A stretch of DNA of 64,000 bases from Tubulanus polymorphus (lineage: Eukaryota; Animalia; Nemertea): the NCBI RefSeq assembly GCF_964204645.1, contig NC_134025.1, positions 16,715,101-16,779,100 on the forward strand. Reading direction: 5' to 3'. Shown in pieces: positions 36,090 through 49,374 of the stretch (position 1 is the stretch's first letter; every line of letters starts with the position of its first letter). The position numbers and the translations under genes were made by a program. Below the pieces are notes generated by a model that did not search any database, had not been told where the DNA came from, and worked only from the letters and a program-made list of their open reading frames with translations.

Positions 36090-38064
36090 GCTAACCCTTT
36101 CAATACCACATAGTGTCTCCGCTGCTGTACCGGAGGAAATTTAGGGGTTTATAGGGTATATTTGAAACTTCATAGAATAGTTACCAAGGTATCCCACACA
36201 AAATTTATATAGCATGTTGTTGATAACTTTTGGGCCAACAATGTAGACATGAATAATTAGGTATTGGTGTCAAACAGTTTTTTTAGAAGGTTAAGACCGT
36301 ATTCGTGGTCGTCATCAAAACCGTCCACAGATATTTGCCGTCTTGGAGTGAAGGTAAGCGAAAGGTAAACGAGAATTAACAACGACGCTCCTGTCTGCCC
36401 GAGCGCAGGTCAAGGGTCCTTTAAGCTCGTGACTGTTTTAATTATATGACGAGATTCTCACTTCGCATTTATCTACCTTATTGATTTCACTTTGACAGAG
36501 TTCCGAGTTCCAGCTCAAGAGTCAATACCTATAATTTACACAGTACAACCGTGTTTTCATAAGTATCACAGACAATGAACAAAGTACCTCGTATCAATCT
36601 TTCCGTTGATCTTATCGATATGAATGCCGATTAGAAAAGAATTTTCTGTTATTTGTTCAATAAAACTGAATTGGATTTAAAATTCTATTTGTTCAATGAA
36701 ATAAGATTGATTTGGATCTGATATTTATAGTAGAATAAAATTTGATTGAATTTAGAGTTTGAGCACATGGCTAATTAGCATATCAAGGTCATCTATCTGA
36801 TTTGAGAAAAAGCTATTTTTTGTCGTGCAAATAAATTCGTTCCTTGCAAAAACCAAATCAACTACAGATTTCACAAAAAATGGATCTGACATAAAATTTT
36901 AAATCTCAAAATAAAACCCGGAAGTAAAACAGTAGCCAATACCGCTGGTTCATGTGACCACCTGCTGATTTCTGTGGCTAAGCCAATCACAGAGGAGTCT
37001 TTGCTTTCTGATTGGCTTGATAGATGATAGATGAACAACAGCCACAGCCATAACTCTGGAGAAGGCGAAAAATTGTTGTCCAACATATTCAAACTCCATT
37101 GAAAATACTTTCAAAAGTATTGTAATATGAAATCTTTCAATGAAAAATTAACATTACATAAAGGCCTGATATTAACATATATCTTTGTCATTACAAACAC
37201 AGTTATTAATGTAACAATATACGTAAAATATTTGAGCAATTTTACTTTGAGCAATTTTACTTTAGGACCCGTTTAAGAATAACAAAATCAACAAAACTGT
37301 CTTTGCTATTAGGATTTAAAGGTTACTCGTTATCACAAGCGAACTATGAATAAGCTTTGACATTTTAACTTACCTTGTACAAGATATTGTATGGTCGCAC
37401 CAAAACAAATATTGCACCATGCTCTCTATGTTCTGGATTTGAAGTGAAGATGGATGAATGAAACATATGTGATTAAACAAAATCGATCTGCTTCTTGATA
37501 TTTTTGAAAACACACAACAGTTTGATTGTCATAAGTTGTTGACAAACAGAAGTCCGCTGAGACTAGAATTGTGTTAACTTCAACTTCTTTTAAATGTGCG
37601 GTCTGAGGGAATTTCAATGTATACTTAACATCCGTTGTATCACTACTGCACGTGCTGGTACCACAAGGTTGTTTCAGATAGGAAATGCCTTTACTTTGGT
37701 GTATCCTCGCTTGCCAGGGGTCCGGTATCACTCCCTGAACTCACTTCCACCAGCCCCCTTGCCTCACGAATCGTGATTTCATTACTGGCGGTTTTGCGTA
37801 TGACATCATATATCGACCTGCGAAATACTTCCTTGTTCGGTAAAACATTCGCTGATTGATCCAGTAAATGGGTAATCCAACGGAAGCCTAATGTCATTTG
37901 TTACAATCGTTGTGATCGGTACCTACCACCGTATTCCAGTCGAGTTCAAGGATAGTATCGATTTTAAAGCTATTCCCAGGAAAGCGGTGTTTCTTGTATA
38001 GATGAATAGATTAAGAAACCAATGTCCAGTGTAGATAGGGATAGTACGTATTATTCAACATCCA

Positions 38065-41000
38065 AGTCAGGAATTGTTATATGTCAGTTACCAGTAACGC
38101 ACTCCCCTCAGTTCATGTAACCCCGCCTATGTAAACACCGCATGAACTTATGCTGTAGCGAGTAGAGAAATAAATCAGAGTTTACTTAGACACCAAACAT
38201 ATTGGTCGTTGTTCACCTCTCCGGCGGTCTTGCTTATTTTACTCAAACCTGGACCATTTAATGTGGCAATCATAGCCCACATTTTGGTGCCGTGACCAGG
38301 ATATACAAGCAGTAAATTTCTGAAACTCAGCCAAGACGCCGTCGAAAGAAGAGATAATGCGAAATGCGCAAATTTGACAGATGACGAAACTTTATGATCA
38401 GGCGAGGGAGTTACTTCATTCGGAAAGTGACGAAAGCCTAGACAAATTGTCTGGCGTCATAACTAGAATAGGTACAAAATTGGAAGTTATCGCTGGATAT
38501 GATTCGGAACTGATTGCGAACGCAGAGTTAGGGAAACTCGAAGACCTCGTGTGTGAAACCGATGACTATATGAACGAAATAAACGAACTATCAACCTTCA
38601 TCGGATACCTCGAACGGAAAAAGAATCAAATCGCACCGACAACGCGCATGAAATCCGAGCAACAAAAAACTGCGAAAAGACCGATCCAGTTGCCGAAGTT
38701 ATCTTTGCCAACATTCGATGGCGATATTCTGAAATGGCAAACGTTCTTCGATGGGTTTTTCTCGGCAGTTGATAGTGATGAGAACTTAACGAATATTCAA
38801 AAGTTCCAATATCTGTCCCCACAGCTAAAGGGCAACGCTGCAAAGACGATCGAAACAAAAAAAAATTATAATCAAGCTTTGTAACTTTTGTTAAACCGGT
38901 ACGGGACACCACACAAAATTGTGGCCGCATACATGAAAGCGTTGTGGGAGCTTTCACCACCGAGTGATCGCAACAACTCACTACGGTATTTCTATGACTC
39001 TCTGGAATCTTATATTCGTGGATTAAATTCACTCGGAAAATCCGAAGGATCGTACGGAGATCTGTTAGTACCCATCATGATGGAAAAACTACCGAGCGGA
39101 ACTAAACAACAGCTTACCAGAGACCACGGTAATAATGCTTGGAGCCTGACTGATCTAAGAAATTCACTCCTTAAAGAAATTGAGGCCTTCGAGGCTAGTA
39201 TCGAAAGCCTTACGATAGAGGATGATTTTCCCGCCAATTCGCCGACTGTGGGAGCGTTCGCAGTTACGGCGAAAAACAGACATAATTTTTCACGGGAAAA
39301 CGATCGAAAATGCGCGTTCTGCAAAAAGATCAATCACGTTGCGGTGGACTGTAAAACGTTTCCAGATGCTGAAAAACGCAGAGAAATTGTTGCTAGGGAT
39401 AGTTTATGCTTTAATTGTCTCTCAAGCAGTCACAAATCGACGAAATGCTTATCGAAAAACAGATGCAGAGTTACAAACTGCGACAAAAAGCATCACACAT
39501 CAGTTCATTTAGATGCAAAATAAACCACACCTGTGGTCGCAAAATCAACCGATGAGAAAGCTGACAGGGATTGACATCAGAATCTGGGCGCTGCCAATGG
39601 AACAGTGTTATTAAAAACAGCTATCGCGAACGCAAAAAAGTCGCGAAGGCGTAACGACTAACGTAAACATCTTGTTCGACGAGGGCGCTCAGCGGAGTTT
39701 TATTACTCAAAGAACAGCCGAAAGATTATATAAAAACAGTGAAGAAACCGAAACTATATCGATCAACACATTTGGCGCGAAACAATCAAGTGCGCGGTCA
39801 CTGATTGTTGCGAACTTTACACTATGTTCTGATGAAACCGACATACCGATAACGGCGTTAATTGTTCCACAAATTGCGTCAACAATGCGAAACCAAACCG
39901 GCAGATCTATCAAAGATTTACCCTATCTGAAAGGTTTGAAATTAGCGCATCCGTTTTCTACCGAATCACACTTCGAAATCGACATTTTGATCGGTGCCGA
40001 TTTCTATTGGTCAGTGGTCGGTAACCACACAATCCGCGGAAATGGACCCACGGCAGTATCTTCGAAATTAGGGTATCTTCTCTCTGGACCGCTTAGTGAT
40101 TGCGATCCAATAAATACTGCACGAGTTTACAACGTGGATGTTACGTCACATCGTTTGGAGGAAGTCAACCTCCAAAAATTCTGGGATCTCGAATCCATAG
40201 GCGTAACTTATGCAACAGATGCGGCTTCAGTGGTCGGTAACCACACAATCCGCGGAAATGGACCCACGGCAGTATCTTCGAAATTAGGGTATCTTCTCTC
40301 TGGACCGCTTAGTGATTGCGATCCAATAAATACTGCACGAGTTTACAACGTGGATGTTACGTCACATCGTTTGGAGGAAGTCAACCTCCAAAAATTCTGG
40401 GATCTCGAATCCATAGGCGTAACTTATGCAACAGATGCGGCTTCAAAGGAATTCAATCTACTCGACTACTGTCAATCAAGCCTGACGACATCCGACACGG
40501 GACGGTATACTGCGAAGTTGCCGTGGAAGAGTGGACACGCCCCTCTTCCGACAAATTACTATGTTACTCGAATCATAACACAATCGATGGTTCGTCAGCT
40601 ATCGCCGCAAATTCGAAATGTTTACCACAACATTATCATGGATCAATTATCGCGAGACTTTATCGAAGAAGTCACAGAAGATGACCGAAACATAGGTCAT
40701 TATTTACAGCATCGCGCGGTAAAGAAGGAATCGTCAACAACCCCTATCCGTATCGTCTATAACGCTTCTTTATCGACCGCGGGAAAACCTAGTTTAAATG
40801 ATTGTTTGGAGACCAGTCCGACGCTGCTGAATGACCTCAGATCAATCCTGATCAGATTCAGGTTGCATAAATTCGGATTGTCGGCGGATATCGAAAAGGC
40901 ATTTCTTCAAGTTGGTCTGCACGATGATGATCGCGAGTATACAAAATTTCTATGGTTGACTGATCCTAAGAATCCAGAAAGTGAACTCAAAACCTATCGC

Positions 41001-44000
41001 TTTAAGGTTATATTGTTCGGCGTGGTGAGTTCACCCTTTATATTGAATGCTACTATTCATTTTCATCTACATAATTATAATAACCATGTATCACGCGACT
41101 TAGTTAAAAATATATATGTCGACAACGTGATTAGTGGATGTGAATCTGAGAGCGATCTCATGAAATACTATACGAATGTCAATAGCATAATGAAAAACGG
41201 CGGATTTAAACTTCAGTCTTATGCTTCTAACTCTTCGTTACTGAAGGCCAAAGCAGATTCCGATAATTTATCGGACGAAAAAAACTATTGTTTCTACGCT
41301 CAGACTCCAATGGGATACGGTGAATGATACGCTGTCATTAAAAAACAAACAATCGTTAAGGCTGTCTCGAGCCTTTATGACCCGTTAGGATACGTCTCGC
41401 CTGTCCATATTGAGTCGAAGATGTTCGTACAGCAGTTGTGGACGGAAGGTTATGAGTGGGACGAAACCCTACCCGAGCGCGTAGCCGAATCGTGGATCTC
41501 GTTGATAATGGAATTGCGTGAAATTAGCGAAATACTCGTTGATCGACGCTACTCAAAATCGTAAGCGAAATCGGAAGCTAAGTACGAATTGCACACTTTC
41601 TGCGATGCGAGCCAATTGGCATACGGCGCTTGCGTTTGTCTAAAATCAGACGGTACTCATCATGTCTAAATCGCGTATGGCACCTGTTAAAAAACATACG
41701 ATACCGCAGTTAGAATTAATGGCCGCGTTGATTGGTGCTAAATTAACAGATTACATACGAAACAGTCTGATAGCCAGATTGTGTTACACTGGATCAACTC
41801 CGAGAAAAAGCTTCCCGTCTTCGTAGCTCATAACCGAAATGAACGAGGACAAACAGCTTGACGAAAAAATCAGCGAAAACAACGAAGTTGGAATATGTAA
41901 CGTAATAGATCAGAACGATTTCACTTCGTTAACAAGGCTATTACCCGTAACCGCGCTAGTTCGACGATTTATTAAAAAGTTAAGACGCGAAAACCATGAA
42001 TCGGATGAAATAACTGCTAACGAAATAGCAGAATGCGAAGATCTATGGAACAAGGGTGTTCAATCGAGTTACTTCAATGACGTGAAAGTTAGTTTAGAAC
42101 ATAAATCTAAGAAAAAGCCATCACTTGTAAAGAAACTTCGTTTGTTTTTAAAAGATGATATTATTCGTGTTGGAGGCCGTCTCCATAACGCGCCCATCGG
42201 ATACGATGCAAAGTTTCCGATATTATTACCTCATTGTAGATATAGTGAATTAATCGTACTGGATTCCCATAATAAGGTCAAACACCTTGGTACGGAATCT
42301 ACTATTACCGTAGTCCGACAAAAGTATTGGAATACTCGTGTTCGTCAAGTCGCTCGGAAGTTGTTGAGAAAATGCGTCATATGCAAATATATCACCGGTA
42401 AACTGTACTCGTTACCAAACTGCGCTCCGTTACAATCTTCGCGTTTGAAAGAGGCTCCACCCTTCACCGTCTGTGGTTTAGATTTCACCGGTGCACTACA
42501 TCTTCGGTCGAAATCCGGGGAGGAGTCACTCGTGTATATATGCTTGTTTACTTGCGCGAACACGCGTGCCATCCATCTGGAAGTGGTAACGGACATGACT
42601 ACGTCAACATTCTTACACGCATTGAGGAGAATGGCTGCCAGACGTTCGTTACCACAGAAAATAATATCGGACAACCAATCAACCTATATTGCGAGTAACA
42701 ATGCTATCAAAAATATATACGAATCGATCGAAACCCGCAAGTACTTCAGCCTACACCGATCAGAGTGGGTCATGATAACTCGTCGAGCCCCCTGGTTTGG
42801 TGGATTTTACGAAAGGCTAGTTGGAATAACAAAAACCGCGATCAAAAAAGTTCTGGGACATGCGCGAATATCCCTGCTGGAATTGATTACGATCGTATCA
42901 GAGACTGAACAAGCTGTAAATAATCGCCCGATATCGTACTGTTCATCTGATGTGGACGACCCAGAACCTTTAACCCCGTCACATTTCCTTCACAGTCGCG
43001 TTCTCACGAGTTTACGGCATCTATTCGTAAGTTACGATGAACTGACCGACCCGACGCTTGGAAATGTGCCAACAGAATTTGAAAAACATTCGGTGCGAAG
43101 TGGTTCATTAAAACAACATCTGTGGAAACGTTGGGCTGAGGAATACGTAACAGCCCTACGCGAAAGACACATCCAATTTAAAAATCGCGGATTAACTGGA
43201 AATACCATCAGAAAGGGTGATGTCGTGTTAGTACACGACGACAATCATAATTCGCGTCTGAAATGGAAACTAGCACTGGTCGAGGAACTCGTCCCGGGGA
43301 ACGACGGCTTAGTTAGAACCGCTAAGATTAAAATTTCGAATGGCAGAACTAATCGACCAATTAGTAAACTCTACCCTCTTGAAGTGCGCGCCGCTGATCC
43401 CTCGAACACGTGCAAATCGGACTCAAACGTAAATTCTGCACCCGTCACACATCATTCGACGAGAAAGGCAGCTGCTGCGGCTAGAAATAACATCAGTAGA
43501 TGGGCTAACGTGCTGTCTGATACATGTAGTAGTTATTTAATTGATAACCGCTCAGGTCAACGCTAGGTCACTCGGACCTAAACAACAAACACAACGCAAT
43601 GTAATAGACTTTATAATCTAAGTTTTAGAATTAATTTCAATTGTACACATCGTTTTTAGTTGTCAGTAGTTCCTTATCTGACTATCATAAATTTATAACA
43701 ATGTACATGCATCATTTATTCGAATATCGATATTACTTAGTTGTAGTAACATTTTTTCTTAATTACATGTATCTAGTAATTTTCTGTCGCCCGGGAGAAT
43801 GTCGGGAATTGTTATATGTCAGTTACCAGTAACGCACTCCCCTCAGTTCATGTAACCCCGCCTATGTAAGCCCTGCATGAACTTATGCTGTAGCGAGTGG
43901 AGAAATAAATCTGAGTTTACTTAGACACCAAACATATTGATCGTTGTTCACCTCTCCGGCGGTCTTGCTTATTTTACTCAAACCTGGACCATTTAATGTG

Positions 44001-44016
44001 GCAATCATAGCCCACA
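38065..44016 (+). mobile_element. BEL/Pao LTR retrotransposon 2, decayed
   Basis: 217-bp LTRs 38065-38281 and 43800-44016 (TG..CA; first base of the 5' LTR mutated to A). TSD ATCCA. PBS tggtgccgtgaccaggat at 38285-38302 (tRNA-His-like). PPT cccgggagaa. Confidence 0.95.
38381..43566 (+). pseudogene. BEL/Pao gag-pol with frameshifts, deletions and a 216-bp in-frame duplication
   Basis: LPKLSLPTFDG..WQTF, CAFC..H..C, CFNCL, FDEGAQRSFI, ADIEKAFLQ, YVDN, YDPLG, FCDAS..AYG, GLDFTG, SDNQST, PWFGGFYERLV. Confidence 0.93.
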
Positions 44017-46352
44017 ATCCACCCGACAAAATCTGCAACAATAAAAAATGTACCAATTTAGTTTCTGCCTAATCAAAACGGAAATGAAATATTTCAATAC
44101 ACAGTCGGGGCTTGTCAAGTTAGGATATCTAATGGCGGCCATGGAAAACTCTGTGATGTACTTACCGTTGGCGTTCCTTGCAAAAAAATTATGAGGCAAC
44201 GCACAACAGTTTGATTGCCAACAAGTTGTTGACGAACAGTGAGTCCATTGAGACTTGAATTGCAGTAACTTCAACTTTTTTTAAAATGTGCGGTCTGAAG
44301 GAAATACAATGTCCGATCTATCACTACTGCTAGTGCTGGTACCACTAGGTAGTTTCAGATAGGAAATGCCTTGACTCCGGTGGAGTATCGATTTTGAAGC
44401 TATTCCGAGGAATGCAGTGTTTGCTGTAGTATAGATGAATGGAAACCACTGTCTAGGGTAGATAGGGATTGTATGTATCATTCAACATCATTTGACAAAA
44501 TCTAAAACGATAAAAAATGTACCAATTTAGTTTCTGCCTAATCAAAATTCAAATAAAAAGTATTCAATACACTTTCGGAGCTTGTCAAGTATAGGATATC
44601 TAATGCCGGCCATGGAAAAGCCCCTTTACCAATGACGTTGCTTGCAAAAAAATCTAAGTTAAGACCTAACCCTTAAGAAAATAAAATGTATTTTCATGTG
44701 TAAAAATATATTTTTCTGTGAAATAATACATTATTTTCCATATGAAAATATATTTTTCAGCAATAAATGTATTTCTTGATCAAAATGTAATTCAAAAAAT
44801 ATATTTCATGACTAGAAAATATATTATTTATAAAAGGAAAATACATTTCATGATCAAAATGTATTTTTCAAAATATATTTCATAAACAGAAAATATATTC
44901 TTCATCAAATGAAAATACATTTCATACTGAAAAATGTATTTATGAACAAAATGTATTTCTTTAAATATATTTTCAAAAATACGTATTTATCAAAATATAT
45001 TTTTCACATCTCCATTTCCACAAAATACATTCTGTCAGAAAAGGCAATTTTGAAATAAAAACATTTCCAAAACTTGAATGAAAGACATTGTCAGAACAGA
45101 AAATTGCGTATTTTTATTGGTTCTACATTATTCATTTAACACTACCGCGCAAAACCATTAGTACGAATCATTCAGCCATTGAAAGTTTGATATAGTTTGT
45201 ATTTTCATTCGTCTAAATTAATTTATAAAAAAAGGTTATACGTTTTAGCGGTCACTGTTGACTTTAAAAATTATGAATATTAAAAAATGAGTCTGAAAAA
45301 ATATCAGGTATTTTCGGGATTCGAACCCATTCACGACGGGTATCAAAGGACTGGGATTGAGCATGCAGGCAGCACGGCGCCATTTGCAATTATTTAGAGC
45401 AAATTCGTTGCCGTTTTTAATCATTTTTCATGGTTAATTTCTAAGTTGGGGCAGTCTGTTGTTTAAGATTCAAGCACCAAGGCAAGTATTTCTTGTGTTT
45501 TATCAAATATTTGACCCATAGTCGACGTTATCGTTACGTTAATTGAGTACTGTATTCGGTACAATGTGCGGCGTGCACCAAGTCCAAATCAATCAAATCA
45601 AATGCAAAACTTTATTTCATGATTGATGCAATTGCCAAGTACAGCATGCCTAGCTTATTCAAAGTTATAAAATAAGTAGGCCTAGATTACACGATGAACA
45701 TGAGAGTAGGCCTAGGCCTAGACACCTGAAGGGCCACAGTAGCAACTAGCATTGATTAACTTGATTCTCAGTAGCATTATTTGAACCAGTTCAAATTTGG
45801 CACGAGTCTATCATTCAAACTGGTTCCAAATCGGTCCGTGCCTCCTTAACCCGGGCAAAATTTGGACCACGTGCTGGGTTTATAAAATTATTCTGTTTGA
45901 ATGCTAACTGGTTGTGTGTGACTCACACAAATCCTGTTAGTGAGTGATTTTAACGCTATCCGAATTAGCATCAGTCAAATTTAACTTGGGTTTGGACCAG
46001 GCCAGAATTATCAACGCCCAAATCGTCTCATCGTGACTGCAGCTATAGATTTGCTTATCATTTTCAGATCAATATCGGAACTGACTGTATTTTCAATTGA
46101 CTTAGCAATTGGAAGACATAAATACGTTTTTTGGCAGAAAACAATTGGAACCCATGTTCTAAGTGAAGGGTGATTGGAAAAATGACTCAACACCACGTGA
46201 AAGCCATTGGAGGTAATTATTCTCGGTACAAATAATCTCTAGTTAGTGTATCTCAGCTTTCGAATAAAGCTTACCCTGAGTCCTGTGTACCAGTGTTGTA
46301 TGATATCATCAAGTTAATTGGACCTTTTGTAGCTCTATTCCAAATGTAATGT

Positions 46353-49037
46353 AAACAAGAGCCCCAAGGGGCACAATGGCCAGCCTGTCAGATTTGCTTT
46401 TTATAAATGATGTAATCTGTTGGTTATATTTATCAATATACACTCCCTGCTCAATATCATTTACATAGTAAAATCGTGTGTTAACACAGACAGCAGGAAC
46501 GAATGTAATATAGAAATACGAAGTTATTGTATTGTTCAACGCCCCCTGGTGGCCATATACAAAAACCAATGAGCTTGAAACTCACCAAGATCATAGACCA
46601 TGTCATGAGCTACAACTTTCCAATTGATTGTGGTAGCAAAATATGCATAGGTACGAATGTAATATAGAAATACTAAGTTATTGTATTGTTCAACGCCCCC
46701 TGGTGGCCATAAACAAAAACCAATGAGCTTGAAACTCACCTCAATCATAGAACGTCATGAGCTACAATCTTCCAATTGATTATAGTAGCAAAATATGCTT
46801 AAGTATCAATTATGATGTGGAAAAACTTTTTTCCACCTACGAATGAGTACTGATGACACCAAGATGGCCGCCAAGTGCGTCGTAATTGCCTGGTCAAAAA
46901 TACCCTCTCGGATATAAAAGATCCCTTTCCAAAGAATACCCATTACAAATTGCAATGAAACATGGCACACCATTAGAAAGCTACAGTACTCAGAATTCAG
47001 GCCAAAATTGACATTTTTGGGAACAAAAAAGGTCACAGTACAGCCATCTTGAGTCCGATCGACCCAATTTTTCTCATGCCGATGGGCCCACGGGGGAAAC
47101 AAATATATACGAATTATCAAGGTTATTGATAAAAGTGTCTTCAAAATTTTCCTCGAAAACTTCAAAAATGTGTAAAAAGTGCTGATTTTGGCGAACAACA
47201 ATGGCTGCCAGTCGGCCATCTTGAATCTGACAGGGCCAGTTTTTGGCCTGAAGATGTGTCTAGGGTAGATACACGTATAAACCAAATATCAAGACATTAC
47301 CTTGAAGCCTCCCAAAAAAGGTCACAGTACAGCCATCTTGAGTCCTATCGACCCAATTTTTCTCATGCCGATGGGCCCACGGGGGAAACAAATATATACG
47401 AATTATCAAGGTTATTGATAAAAGTGTCTTCAAAATTTCCCTCGAAAACTTCAAAAATGTGTAAAAAGTGCTGATTTTGGCGAACAACAATGGCTGCCAG
47501 TCGGCCATCTTGAATCTGACAGGGCCAGTTTTTGGCCTGAAGATGTGTCTAGGGTAGATACACGTATAAACCAAATATCAAGACATTACCTTGAAGCCTC
47601 TTCAAAACTTTGGAACTCTCACGAACTATCTAGATGGTTATCTCTCGACCTCAATAGCTTCAAGACCCATCTCAAAACAACTTTGTTCCATGCAGCATAC
47701 CATTAACTCTCGGAAAGCGAATTGTATTTAACATTTTTTTGGCAGAATAAAATTTGATTGAATTTGCAATATGGGCACATGGCTAATTAGCATATCAAGG
47801 TCATACACCCGATTTGGTAAAACCATTTTTTTCGCGAACCTTGCGCAATTGTCAAGGATGAATTTTCTGTAGAGCAAATAAAAATTCCTCCCAAACACCA
47901 AATCAACTAAAGATTTCATAGAAATCGATCTTGAAATACAATTTTAAATCTTAAAATAAAACCCGGAAGTAAAACAGTAGACGATACCGCGGGTTCACGT
48001 GAACACCTGATTTCTGTAAACGAAATGTTGGTTGTGACAAAATTGTTCAGACGGTTTTAGGTGGTAATAAGTACGGAAACGTAACGACCATGGTCGACTT
48101 ATTCGATGAAATCAGGCCTATGTGATATCCAAATTTTGACTTTTTTATTCTCCAGACCTCCCTGATATAGAAATAAAAAATTTTGGTGGTTCGAAAGTGC
48201 AATCACAGCGCCGACGGGGACAGAGCCGTGTCAGAGATCGGCGGAATGAAAATTGAGGTGGACGAACACGAAGAAGTAGGCTATTGCTTTACTTGAATCA
48301 CGAAAACTCCTGGCGCGGCCCCGACGCTTTTCGTGGATTAAGTAATACAAATATCATGCAATGGGTTTTCACAATCTACCGCTGGTATTTACCGGATTTC
48401 AATATCACTCCAAAATTCAAAGAAACCTCGAAATATCGAACCGGAACACTTCCGGTAGATATCCGCGGCTGCCCAACCGGGAAACTTATTTGTTTCAATA
48501 GATATTGATAGGATCCATCATCTTCACGCGTCAAGGGATTCGAACCCACTAAGCTAAAGCCGTGCCAGAATCGGGTCGGGCCAATCACAGCGCTTGTAAC
48601 AAACCACATTAGGCTTCTGTGGAATTTCCCAGTAAATGGGCCAATCAGCGAACACGTAGCGAACGCGGAAGTATTGTCGCGTGTTGATACATGACGTCAT
48701 GCGCAAAAGCGCCAGTAATGAAATCGCGATAATTCACGTGAACAGCTGCTGATATTTTCAGATAAACCAATCACAGGGAAGACACAACTTCCTGATTGGC
48801 TGATAAAAATTGAAATTTTCCCGATTTAACTTTCGTGAAAAATGCAGAAAACATTTTTATGAGACCCTATTTCAAAATTCTGCTCGCTACGATTCCGAGA
48901 ATGGATTACGCTTAAATACGTGATTTGTTCGAATATGCCCTCACTTGGCAAGCAAAAGAGGCTTTTGTGTGGAAACCATGTCATTTAAATTCGCTCCATT
49001 TGTATAGTAATAGGCTCAGCCTACGGCTGGCCTAAAA
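46353..49037 (+). mobile_element. Composite Helentron/HINE-like element, copy A
   Basis: Head aaacaagagccccaaggggcac, ~148-bp internal tandem units, 3' hairpin taggctcagcctacggctggccta plus A run. Internal 289-bp duplication 47024-47600. Highly similar to 59439-61812. Confidence 0.8.
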
Positions 49038-49374
49038 TGAACACTCTTTCATTGTGAAATAAGGCATTAATAATCAGTGCTGAATTTTATCGGTTAACAG
49101 ATTCTTTGCAAATTTCTTTTTATTCAGCTTATTTTTGAATCTTTTTATCTTCTATTTCAGAACATGCATGAATTTCAAGGTCAACAAACATGACATGAGA
49201 GGAATGAACACTCTTTCATTGTGAAATAAGGCATTAATAATCAGTGCTGAATTTTATCGGTTAACAGATTCTTTGCAAATTTCTTTTTATTCAGCTTATT
49301 TTTGAATCTTTTTATCTTCTATTTCAGAACATGCATGAATTTCAAGGTCAACAAACATGACATGAGAGGAATGA
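49036..49374. repeat. 167-bp apparently exact tandem duplication
   Basis: aatgaacactctttc...catgagagg at 49036 and 49203. Confidence 0.92.

Larger units (their letters stand above)
37350..44669 (+). repeat. Dispersed repeat family hosting BEL 2 (37350-38064 + 44017-44190, second unit 44190-44669)
   Basis: Collinear with 62090-62680 (gacattttaact..gctggtaccac..tttcagataggaaatgc..tgtaccaatttagtttctgcc). Confidence 0.75.

Noticed and set aside
45310-45390. tRNA/SINE B-box (ggttcgaatccc on the minus strand; also ~6177, ~29758, ~48535, ~61311)
   Set aside because: No cloverleaf and no correctly spaced A-box.
46309-48609. Repeated ORFs in HINE copies (e.g. MVYTCIYPRHIF.., MIEVSFKLIG..)
   Set aside because: They recur only because the non-coding repeat recurs, and the frames break between copies.
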